Shown here piece after piece: positions 25,166 to 36,068 of a stretch of DNA of 54,753 nucleotides. The stretch's first letter is position 1; each line of letters opens with the position of its first letter. The position numbers and the translations under genes are program-made. Below the pieces are notes generated by a model, which made no database searches, was not told the origin of the DNA, and was given only the letters and a program-made list of their open reading frames with translations. The stretch covers positions 1 through 54,753 of the forward strand of contig JAUCBJ010003755.1 of the NCBI GenBank assembly GCA_032718475.1. Reading direction: 5' to 3'. The stretch is from Nemertoderma westbladi. Its lineage: Eukaryota; Animalia; Xenacoelomorpha.

Positions 25166-28100
25166 ATCCAAATAGAGTTAAAGTCCACGCACGGGGTAGG
25201 GGACCTCAAGGGACACAAGATTTCGGTAGAACTAGACTCCCTACTCCCAAGAGACCAGCACACTCGCCAAGAATGGAGAGCATTGCCATTGGATGGATTT
25301 AAGTGTCTAGCTATGAAAGGGTTCGGCAGGCAGTTAGGTAAGGTGACACCGATAGTCCCATAGCACAGGAGTATTATGACAAGCTCAGAGTACCGAGACA
25401 CCAGGTAGGTTATAGGAATGTATCTATGTTGATTGGTCAGAACAGCTGATCGCACACCAAATATGGGAAACGAGACCAGCTGAGCCGCATGTAAATGGAC
25501 CACATGCCCATAGGACTATACTAGGTTGGTATACACGAGTACCCATGTCTTGTGAGTTTACAGGTGGCAACAAGCCAAAGGATAGACACGACGGATTACA
25601 GCCTATAATTCAACCACCGTTAATAGAACCACCAGACATAGACGAGTTTAGGAGAACCTGTATTGACCACTATAGTGACGTTAGCGAGTCGGACGAAGAG
25701 TTGATTCCCGATAATGTTAGGTTGTCGGAACCACTTTATAACGACCGGACAGATAGTGAACCCGAGGACTACTGTTATCAGACCCGTGGGTCTGGTTCAG
25801 CGGCCCACGCTACCTATTTGAGTAACGTTTTGACTTATACCGACATAGTGGAGGGTCAAGTGGATAGATATCGAGACCTCGACATTTTCCAATACAGTGA
25901 GGAGGAGTTGCACAAGGAGTTGATATGCCAGGACCTCGAGACAGGAGCTAGAACCGTCGAATGGCTGGATAGGGACGCAATGGAACCCGGTGGGTATGAC
26001 CTAACCATGTCCACTGATGAGAAACGTTCGCTAGAGATGATGGAAGACACCATACGTCTGCTACCGACAGGACATTTTGAAGTTAGAATGTTGTGGCGTC
26101 GACAACCTCCTAAGTTGGAGAACAACTACAACTTAGCCTTGAAAAGATTGAATGGAGTAAGGGCTCGGTTGCTGAAGAATCCAGATGTTAGGGAGAAGTA
26201 TTGCGCCCAGATAAACAACTATTTCGCCAAGGGATTTGCTGGGAAGGTAGAGGACCCGGACTTAGTGACAGACCAGACTTATTACCTCCCACACCACTAT
26301 GTGACTCACCCTGACAAAGCAGACAAAGTCCGAGTAGTCAACGACTGCGCAGCAGTCTATAGAGGTATGTCCCTGAACTCAGAGTTGATGGATGGTCCCA
26401 ACTTGAATAACTATTTGATAAGAATACTGTTGCGCTTTAGACAGTGGTGATTCGCGTTTACTTGCGACATCGAGGCGATGTTCCACCAGGTAAGAGCCTG
26501 CAAGGCGGACCAGGATAGTCTCAGATTTCTCTGGTTCGAGAATGAAGACCTATCCGGCCCAGTGGTTACATACCAGATGTATGTCAGGATATTCGGTGCC
26601 CGCGATAGTCCCAACGGCACGCTGTTTGTTCTAAAGAAAACGGCAACGGCCCAGATTGGTAAGTATCCAGTAGACGTTATTGAGTCCATCCTGAGAAACT
26701 TCTACATGGACGACGGATTGGTGTCCAAGGACACAGCAGAACAAGCCATAGAAGTGGCTCACGGCCTACAGGAGTGCTTGGCTACAGGGGGTTTTCCTCT
26801 GACCAAGTTCACTACCAACTCAGAGGCCCTATTAGAATCGTTCCCAGTGAAAGATCGCGGGAGCGGAGACATTGAATTGGGGGTAGAACCCATCCCCATG
26901 GCGCGAGTACTGGGACTCGCTTGGAATCCGAACACGGATAAGTTCCAGGTAAGAGTCTAGACAAAGTAGTCCAGACAAAGTTTTGACTAAGAGAATCTGC
27001 TTATCGACAATGAGTAGACTATTTGACCCGATGAACTTTATCAGCCCGGTAATATTACAGGCATGAGTATGTATGAGGAAAATTTGGTTGTCCGACTTAG
27101 AGTGCGACGAACCAATATCCCCTATACATGCAAAGCAGTGGAGAGAGTGGGAAGCCGAGTTGCATCTATTGAAAAATATAGATGTACCCCGCTCCTACTT
27201 TCCGAATCAGCTGGTATTTCCAGTTTAGTCCTGTTTATTTCCTGTTTAGTGCCGCAAGTGACACCGGCTTTGGTATGGTAGCCTACCTTCGCCGAGAGGT
27301 AAGTCAGGACAAGTTTGAGACGGCCTTTGTGACTTCTAGATCAAAGATAATGCCGGTCAAATACATGACTGTCCCTCATGCAGAGTTGCAGGCGGCAGTA
27401 GTCTCAGTCGAGGTAAGTAAGCAGATAATAGAGGAGTTAGACACGACATTGACCTTATTCTATTGGACGGACGCATCCTTAGTGTTAGTATACATTGCAG
27501 CCGACAACATTGCACTAAAGACATTTGTGACCAACAGACGCACTCAGATCGCCGACTTTTCGACGAAGGAACAATGGAGACATTGTCCGGGAGTGTTAAA
27601 CCCGGCCGACATAACTTCGAGAGGTGCTATGCCGGCAGAATTCTGTCAGGAAGAGTCCCAAGAGTTTTGGTTGAATGGACCTGATTTTCTAACGAGGACA
27701 CAGGAACATTGGCCAGAGCGACTGAAGATAGTGACCAATCCGATGCCAGAGGATGCAGAAGTCAAAATGGAGAAAGTCTCCAAGTCTAAGTCGAAAGCCA
27801 AACTCAACTCATTGGAGCGGCCCGAAGAGTCATTGGAGCGGCCTGAAGAGTCATTGGAGCGGCCTGAAGAGTCATTGGAGCGGCCTGAAGAGTCATTGGA
27901 GTGGCCCGGAGACCTGTCAGACCTACAGACTTATGTGACGACTAGGTCCGGAAGGGTAAGTTATGACATAAAACCACCCTTACAGACTACACAAGGGTCA
28001 CAATTGGTAAGCGACGGACAGAAAATGACCGACACAATGGAGCCTTTGGTTTCCAAACCTGCGGGTTTGGATTCGAAACTTCCATTAGCTAGCGGGCAAC

Positions 28101-28180
28101 TGTCGCTGGCATTAGAGCCATGTAGTATTTATGACAAATTACTAAATTCGTCTGCCTCTTGGCTGACAATTTGTAAATGA
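25166..28180 (+). pseudogene. pol: BEL/Pao pol: partial protease, reverse transcriptase and RNase H (Pao A17-type), interrupted
   Basis: Protease C-terminal motifs MLIGQN and PHAHRTILGW. RT motifs YYLPHH, KVRVVND, GPNL, DIEAMFHQV, FGARDSP and FYMDD. RNase H motifs FSAAS, ELQAA, FYWTDA, NPADITSRG and WLNGPDFL. Confidence 0.95.
27808..27905 (+). repeat. In-frame 21-bp tandem repeat (SLERPEE, about 4.5 copies) in the RNase H-integrase linker
   Basis: CATTGGAGCGGCCTGAAGAGT repeated. Confidence 0.95.
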
Positions 28181-29644
28181 ACTGCATGGTTAAGGCGATA
28201 CGTTTTGTACCTTTGTTTAAAACATTCGAAACATTTAGGAGAGGAATTAAAACATTTGAAGCATTATCAAATGTGTGCCTTCCCAAAATAATTCTATCTA
28301 TTATCGGCTCAACGACCAGTTCTCTATAAACCCCTTAGAAAATGGAGCCCATTAATCCATAAGGGTTTAATTTGTCATAGATCGAGAATCCAGACTGTCA
28401 ACATAAACTCACAGTTTAGGTTCCCAGTGATAATCCCTAGTCACCCAATAGAATTGCAAAGAGCGATTCTATGGGATATACATAAGAGGTTGCATCACGC
28501 GGGAAAGTTACACTGTTTGTCGGCAGCGAGACAGCGATTCATTCTATTGCAGCCAAGCAGGGCAGTAGGCACTATGTATGATGCCTGTCTGGTTTGCAAG
28601 AGAGTGAACGCCAGAGTATTGGAACAGGAGATGGCTGAACTCCTGGAAGCGAGAGTACAGGCATATGACCCACCCTTTACAAATACAGGGGTGGACTGCT
28701 TTGGTCCGATTGAGGCAAAGAGTGGACGGCTGACCCACAAGCGATGGGGCCTGCTACTGATATGCATGGCTAGTAGAGCCATACATATAGAGCGTGTGGC
28801 AGACATGTCGACCAAATCTCTGTTCCTGGCCTTAAAGAGATTTATGGCCAGGAGAGGACTAGTAAAGGCGTTTTACTCCGACAAGGGTACAAACTTTGTC
28901 GGAGGGAATAGCGAGTTGAACGCGGCTCATAGGGCGGCGCAGAACAGAGAAATTTCTGCAGCACTTTTGCCGCAAAGAGTGGAGTGGAGATTTAACACTC
29001 CAGAAAGTCCCTGGAGAGGAGGAAGTTGGGAGCGTTTGGTTCGCTCCATAAAGCAGGCTATTGCTAAGACAATGCCTGTAAACAAACAACTTATCGACGA
29101 CGAGCTGGTAACAGCTTTCATCGAAATCGAGCATACACTAAACTCGAGGCCGATAGCTATGTTGCCAGACGGTGTTGCATTAACGCCGAATCATTTGCTA
29201 ATGCAGAGTCCCGCGTTTCTTGTGCCGGCATCAGAACCCATTAGTGCCAACCTATACAGTCGTAAGAGCTGGAAAATAACACAGTTTGTCGCGTACACGT
29301 TCTAGGAATATTGGCGGGAATATTATCTTCCCACCATATCCACCAGATCGAAGTGGTACAAAACGGTTCGGAGCCTCCAAAGAGGAGACTATGTATTGAT
29401 AACCGAACCAATTGTCAAGAGAAAATATGGGGAAACCGGAGTCATCTTGCACATACACCCAGACGTGCAAAATATAGTGCGCACAGTCACTGTGAAAATA
29501 AGGTGCAAGTGTCCGCACCCAAAGAAGTGTAAAACTAATGGTTTACACACCTTGGATCGACCGGTCCAAGATATCGTGTTATTAGAGGAGACACGCATCG
29601 AGACAGGAGATTATAATTTGTCTCCTGCCTCAAACCAAAATTAG
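28181..29644 (+). pseudogene. pol: BEL/Pao integrase (HHCC zinc finger, DDE core, C-terminal DUF5641-like region), interrupted
   Basis: Motifs H...HHAG...CLVC, TGVDCFGP, SDKGTNFVG, GGSWERLV, LNSRP and LTPNHLL. TAG at 29303 replaces the conserved Trp of FW. VRTVTVK...RPVQDIV at the end. Confidence 0.95.
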
Positions 29645-30400
29645 AGTTGGACGCAACTCACTTCGTATGCATTCCTCGTATGCAAATACTAGGAAATGCA
29701 TAGGAGCGGGTTTGTGGTGATTTGCATTGAGAATTTGTCTGGCGGGTATCAAAACAAAATTTTATTTTCAAAAATGTTTGGAAAATTAAAAAATTTTAAA
29801 ATTAGAAATGAACCCAAGACAATTCCAGACGCTGTGTATAGACGCGTTTTAGAATTCGTCTATAGATATACAGTAATTTGAAAAGTCGTGAAGCCTGGAA
29901 AATAGCATTTAGAAACCATGGTGACGGCTATATTACGAAGGAGTGTAAATTGAGTTTAGCAACTTCCACAGATTGGTGCCAACAGTACAACAACCAAGGT
30001 GCTAAAGGTTAGTAGCACCAGAGGCGTACGCGGACCCCACTCAGTAGTTTGCAGTGGAGTGAGGTGTTCGATTTATCAAACCTGTGGGTTTGGTATAGTC
30101 GAGCACCGAGACTATTGTCCTTTCTAACTACTGTAGTTTAGTACAAGTAATGGGAGTAGTTTGGGCATCAAAAAGTGAGTTGGTCACGGCCAGTTTATCT
30201 CCAAAGTTTTTGCGCTATGCATGGGAATAGGTTAGAGGATAGTTAGGAATGAGACGGGATCTAGAGAGTCGAACCTGAACTGCTGGAAGGCGGCTGGGGG
30301 GTTCGGGACGTCTGTCCTTCGGCATCATCTAACTGATTTACCCACAGAGTAATTAGTTACGTAACGGACCTATTGGGATATATGTATATACGCAGCTATA

Positions 30401-33400
30401 ATGGAGAAGGAAATTAGAGCGCAACCGAGGAGAGGATTTACTGCCAGAGAGGAGGCGGAACTACCATTTGCCCGACCCGGGTGTAAAGACTCAAACGTCT
30501 ACTACCATGGGAGGTCGGTGATAGACTTGAATGGGAAGTACAAGCCTACGTATGATAAAGAGTTGAGGAGGGAACGGATGAGAGCGTTGGGAGACCGTAT
30601 GGAGGTTTAAAGGAAGGAGTATCGCACTCGTTATCCCTACGATTTTGCTTTAGATATATGTGATATTAGCGCAGATCCGGATGAGGAAATCGCACGGCTG
30701 TACCATATGAACATGTATTTACGATATGACGAACCTCTACCTGCAGTCCGAGATCAGTTCGACGGAGTGCATCTTTACCGGAGGACTCGAGGCGAGGATC
30801 AAGACACGCCAAAGTTCTTCAGCGTATATAAGTTGTTCTACAAATGTGGTGAATGCATGAATAAACAAGATGTGGTGATTCCCGATCGACTGAACGAGCA
30901 ACATCCTGAACCGATATTAACGCGATGTCAAGCTCACCAGTTCCTTAGATACAACGAGGGAGGTTACCCAATGAGCAACCCGATGATCAGTATCGACTTT
31001 AGCGGAAAGCGACCTCCGAGACCCATTATGCCGACCGTTACGACTTTAGATCCGTATACGGGGATTAAACCCTGTTCGACACCCAGTTTGATAGAGACGG
31101 CAGCAGCCATTTCGCTATACTGAGCCTATAAGGACCTAGACGTGCGGCGCGAAGCGGCACGGGACTCGGGTACCAAACCCACGGGTTTGGAGCTCTCGAG
31201 TCCCTGGACTACGTTTACTTTGCCTCACCGAGCGAGAAATCTCACGCCCGAGCATCAGGACGATATAGATGCATTGCGGCAGGAGGAGCGAGCGGCGAAG
31301 GCGAAACAATTATTCGAAGAGCGGGTAGCGGAGTATAATAAGACCGTGGATAGACATCAGGAGGAGACGAGGAGAGTGACCGGATTTGTTCCACAGGCCG
31401 TATCTCAACCCCGACTGGTGTATTATTCCAACGGCAACGAACCTGCGATATTGGTAGATCACCCGGAGTCGCGAGAAGCGATTAGATTCTTGCCGATGGT
31501 GAGGATGTCGGATCATTGGAACGTCGACTGCCTACGGGAAGTTTTATGCGCGAAGTTCTTGCGTGACATCCCAATGCAGATAACGGATTACGACACGCTA
31601 GACAAGATTGGAGCCCTGGGGAAAGAGAGCAAGCTATTTGGATGGTTGGATAAGTACATAAAGGTATGGGTCGCGATGGCTACATTTCCAGACGACGAGG
31701 AGGTAGACCAGACGTGGCTGAGGAGAAAGGGTTCCTACACCCGATACGATGACCACAAGGCTATCGAGCGCATGTGGACCCCATCCGACGAGATCCAGCG
31801 TCAGTGGAGAAAGACGGAGGAATCACTACAAGATTGGCGAGTGATGTTCTACGACAATGAGGGAGGGTCTCATCAAGAGTGCTTAACTAGTAAGTGCATT
31901 CAAATTCGCGCGGCCGATGGTGTGAATCATGTATTTATGCGCGTGAGGGCGGACCATAATAACAACACAATATCGGAAAGGGAAGGATCCCAGGGAACAG
32001 ATTTTGGAGGTATGCAGGCGAGGAGGTATGCACGGAGCGGAGCGTATCGACGCCAGAATGCTACCCAAGAAAGTTAGAGAGGCGATTCTCAACCAAGATT
32101 ACGTCAAGGTGGGATCGGGAGTCCAGAGCGATTTGGAGAGTGACTTCAACGCCATGACTGATTTGGAGGACAGATTGCCGAGACCGTTTGTCGACACCAA
32201 GCTATTGTTGCTATGGGCACAAGATATTGGAATTTATAGGGAGTATCCCAACTCTGCCAAGACTGGTATGGGCTTCATAGTGCATTTGTTATATAATTTG
32301 GACTTCAAGTTAAAGACGCAAAAGAAATACGAGGAGGCGTATGGTGAATTTAACACGCCACCGGGAGCGGAGTTCAAATCCCACTTCAAGCGGCAAGCGT
32401 TAGTGTATTGGAACATCTGCGCGCCACCCCATGCGTCGCTGCAATATTATTTGGTGCTTGAGTCGAACATGGTAACTTGTTTATAAGCGGATATCGTTGT
32501 GCGAGTTTTGAAGCGTCATCCATTGGTATTCGGAGGAGATCAATACATTCGCTCGAAAGGGGGAATCCAATCCACGTGATGAAGCGTTTCTTAACCCCGT
32601 TCTTCAACCAATCGTTAGAGAATACGTCGATGGCTAGGAGAGGATTAGCGATATTCGAGGGAGTATATCGACAGAACATCGGAGATTTGGGAGACCGACC
32701 ATCGATGGAGTATCCAATGCTAGAGGCCTTGGAGAAGTGGTTCGGGAATCAAACCCGCGGGTTTGGTACTCCCGTCCACTTGGAGGCGGATAGACCCGTT
32801 AGAGAGGGTTGGCCGGAGACGTTAGTAGAGGTATTCGGAGTGGATCTTCCGGTGGAGAAGACATATCCGAAGCGAATGCGGGAGGAAATATTGGAGAAAG
32901 AGGACAAAGGCGAAGATGTTTATTTTGTTCCGGACCGACAACCTCTGACCGGAGAGGACGACATCGTATTAGATATTGGGAAGGAAGGGAGTGCGAAGCC
33001 GATTTGAGACCTCATATATGAGAGGGCCTGGTTTCCACAAGCGCGTTGATGTAAGCTGTGCGGCAGCATGAGACACAATCAAAAGTCATGCGACGCGGTA
33101 ATAAGCATAAGGTCTGCCGTTGGTGTAACGAGACAGATCACTCGTTTCATACGTGCACCGTCTTCATTTCTCAATGCGGATATTGTGGGGTAAAGGGACA
33201 TCGTAGCGCGAGATGCCAACTGCGAGACGATTCCTTCCAAAACCATAGCACCAACCTACTCCGAGAGATGCTAGATAAGTGGGAGGGTGTGGCTGATTAC
33301 CACATCCAAGCACAAATGCGTTGGTTGCCGTTCAAGGCAGGATACGGATTTTGGGCAGTAGACCCATCGCACATCGCATACGAGCCGTATCTGCAATCAC

Positions 33401-34083
33401 TACCGCAATATCAGGAGCTAATATTAACCGCTCAAGATCTTCCGCAGAACACTGGAGTCATTGTTGTTCGGGAATACTTCAGACAGCTAAACATGGACAA
33501 TAAATGTACTTGGAACTTTGTTGCTATTTGTGACCGTATAACCAAGGGTCTATTTTCGGAAACTAGGAAGGTGGTGCATGCGCGAGGAGACTGGAGAATG
33601 GTGGCTATCCAATACCGCAACGAGTTCTTGTTGACTCACGTACCGGTGGGGTCATTGACCACCGAGCGGATAAAGGAGCAGCGAACTGCAGCGCCCACAG
33701 CGACAACTGCCTGAGCTCAAGGCTCGTGGCGAGAACCAGGAGGAGAGGTCCAAGACAAGCGTCAAGTCAAGGACGACCACTATCATTCTATTATAGAAGC
33801 ACAACGGTTGCAGCGCAAGGTGCAGGGCGCGTCCGAAAAGGCGTGCGTGCAACTGCAGAAGGAGGAGTTGGCGGAGGCGACCATGGGAACGCGACAATTG
33901 GGACGAGGCCGAGGGAGGAACACCAGCCGGGAATCAGTCGGGGCCCAGGGAACATCGTCGCTGGTTCCGGGGAGTGACGCCTCACGGACGCGGTCAACAG
34001 AGTCGACAGGAGGAAGACTGGTGTATCTGGGGAGGGGGCGTAATAGAGGAGCGAGCCCGAAGAACCCAGGAGCGGGTCGGTAA
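30401..34083 (+). pseudogene. Additional retrotransposon ORF (about 1,200 codons reconstructed): putative DEDDy/WRN-like 3'-5' exonuclease, three CCHC knuckles and an RG-rich tail
   Basis: ORF pieces at 30401, 30707, 31142 and 32477 share one frame. Pieces at 33058 and 33808 share another. Exo motifs: VMFYDNE (31841-31861), CIQI..ADG, LP..VREAILNQDYVKVGSGVQSD (to 32132), FVDT..L, KTGMG, and W...PP...LQYYLVLE (to 32462). Knuckles at 33050-33091, 33115-33156 and 33175-33216. Confidence 0.75.
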
Positions 34084-34550
34084 TGCGATCGTATCACGGA
34101 GCGACAGACTCTAGATATATACATCATCGTCGCTCTGATGTATATTGTAGCATTTTTTGTAAACATTCGACTGGACTCATATACACTAGTCGTACTAATT
34201 CGAATTTATATTATGAGAGAGGCGAAGGAGGTGATTGGGGAGACAAACCTGCGGGTTTGGCTTACTCCTTCCACCTACCCCAGCTAAGTTTATTTGAAGG
34301 CGAAATTTTGTAAATTTAATTTGTATGTAGTAATCATTATGTAGAACGAAGGAGAAGGTAATATTTTTGTAAATTTGATTTGTATGCAAACCCATTATGC
34401 AATATATCTGCAATATTTTATAAATACTTAGAACTATTATGATACCAAGTTAATTAGATTATTTGAAAGTAAGTTTTATTTTGTTTTGTTTACATCGCCC
34501 TATATTCTTCTACAATTGGAGGGAAACATTGCTTGTTTCCCTTGGAGCGG

Positions 34551-35461
34551 TGTTACGATATATGGCGCTGTGTACCTATATTAGCCGTCATACAGTATAA
34601 TTATTAGATAAGCCATAAAGACGCGCAATGATATTTAGACAAGGAAAGCAAAACGCCCATATTTTTGAATTTATCCATTTTATACAGTATGTAGTCCTAC
34701 CTAGGTAATTTTGTAGTTAAATATAAGTAAATAGTTCCACGGTAGCAAGTTTCCTATGAAACCCTTGATATAAGCTTGCTGTTATTAGCCTCAATAGGAT
34801 TAACTGTGTATTGTTTTTAATTTTCTTTATATTTGCGCTAAATTAGAGTTTTTATGTACCGCATTATTAGTACCGCTAAATTAAGCATCGCCAAAATTAC
34901 CATATATGGTGACGATTTGTGATTCCAAGGAGCAATAGGTTCCCAATCCGGCTTCCTTATTGGCCTAACTGCTTCCAGGTTGGTCTAATGGTAGCGCGGA
35001 TTGGGGAACCAATCAGAGAACTATTGCATCATCCTTCGTGAATCACCTATAAATTGGCGGTATTTCCGGTATGTGCTATTGTAATTCAGGTAATTCCATT
35101 GCAATCTAGTGTGTAATTCTTTCTTAGTTTATCCACAATCTCAGTTTTTGTGTATTTCTGTATTTCCATTTGTTTTCTTGCAATAATTTGCAAAGGATTG
35201 CAGAGGAAAGCAAATAATTTGCAGGAGCCGTAGAAAATTAGTAAAATATATTAGCGGACGGCAGGTTAGCGCCATCCAACAGTAAGTAGCGGTTTTGTAT
35301 TTAGCAGTCCTACAGTAGTAATAGCACGCTCCTGATCACCCCTAGTTTAACAGTAAAGCAGTCTTTGTGTCCTTATCGGTTAGGCATGGGGTGGCCTGTT
35401 TAACAGTAAAGCACGTTTTGTGTGTCTTTAACAGTTAGTCAAGGTACCCGCTAGTTTAACA
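34551..35461 (+). repeat. 3' LTR (911 bp, internally deleted relative to the 5' LTR)
   Basis: Starts TGTTACGATATATGGCGC as at 17710. About 11 differences in the first 640 or so bp by eye. Ends TTTAACA, followed by the TSD. Confidence 0.95.
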
Positions 35462-36068
35462 AACCCTAAACACACGCAGTACGTTGATCGCCAACCCTAA
35501 ACACAAAGCAGTACGTTGATTTCCAACCCTAAACACACAGCAGTACGTTGATCGCCAACCCTAAACACACGCAGTACGTTGATCGCCAACCCTAAACACA
35601 AAGCAGTACGTTGATCGCCAACCCTAAACACACAGCAGTACGTTGATCGCCAACCCTAAACACACGCAGTACGTTGATCGCCAACCCTAAACACACGCAG
35701 TACGTTGATCGCCAACCCTAAACACACGCAGTACGTTGATCGCCAACCCTAAACACACGCAGTACGTTGATCGCCAACCCTAAACACACGCAGTACGTTG
35801 ATAGCCAACCCTAAACACACGCAGTACGTTGATCGCCAACCCTAAACACACGCAGTACGTTGATCGCCAACCCTAAACACACGCAGTACGTTGATCGCCA
35901 ACCCTAAACACACGCAGTACGTTGATCGCCAACCCTAAACACACGCAGTACGTTGATCGCCAACCCTAAACACACGCAGTACGTTGATCGCCAACCCTAA
36001 ACACACGCAGTACGTTGATCGCCAACCCTAAACACACGCAGTACGTTGATCGCCAACCCTAAACACAC
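35462..36068. repeat. 31-bp satellite, right part (about 19 units)
   Basis: Same unit as 16596-17709. Confidence 0.99.

Larger units (their letters stand above)
17710..35461 (+). mobile_element. Full-length, decayed BEL/Pao LTR retrotransposon (about 17.75 kb including nested RTE) with an additional 3' ORF
   Basis: Termini TGTT...AACA. 5-bp TSD AACCC (17705-17709 and 35462-35466). Paired LTRs. Domain order gag-PR-RT-RH-IN with BEL-specific motifs. Confidence 0.97.

Noticed and set aside
22844-33714. Alternative genetic code or programmed TGA readthrough
   Set aside because: Frameshifts and TAA/TAG stops also interrupt the ORFs and TGG is used normally. Mutational decay is simpler.
30401-34083. 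env gene
   Set aside because: No signal peptide, transmembrane segment or glycoprotein-like Cys pattern is visible. The motifs point to a soluble nuclease/RNA-binding protein.
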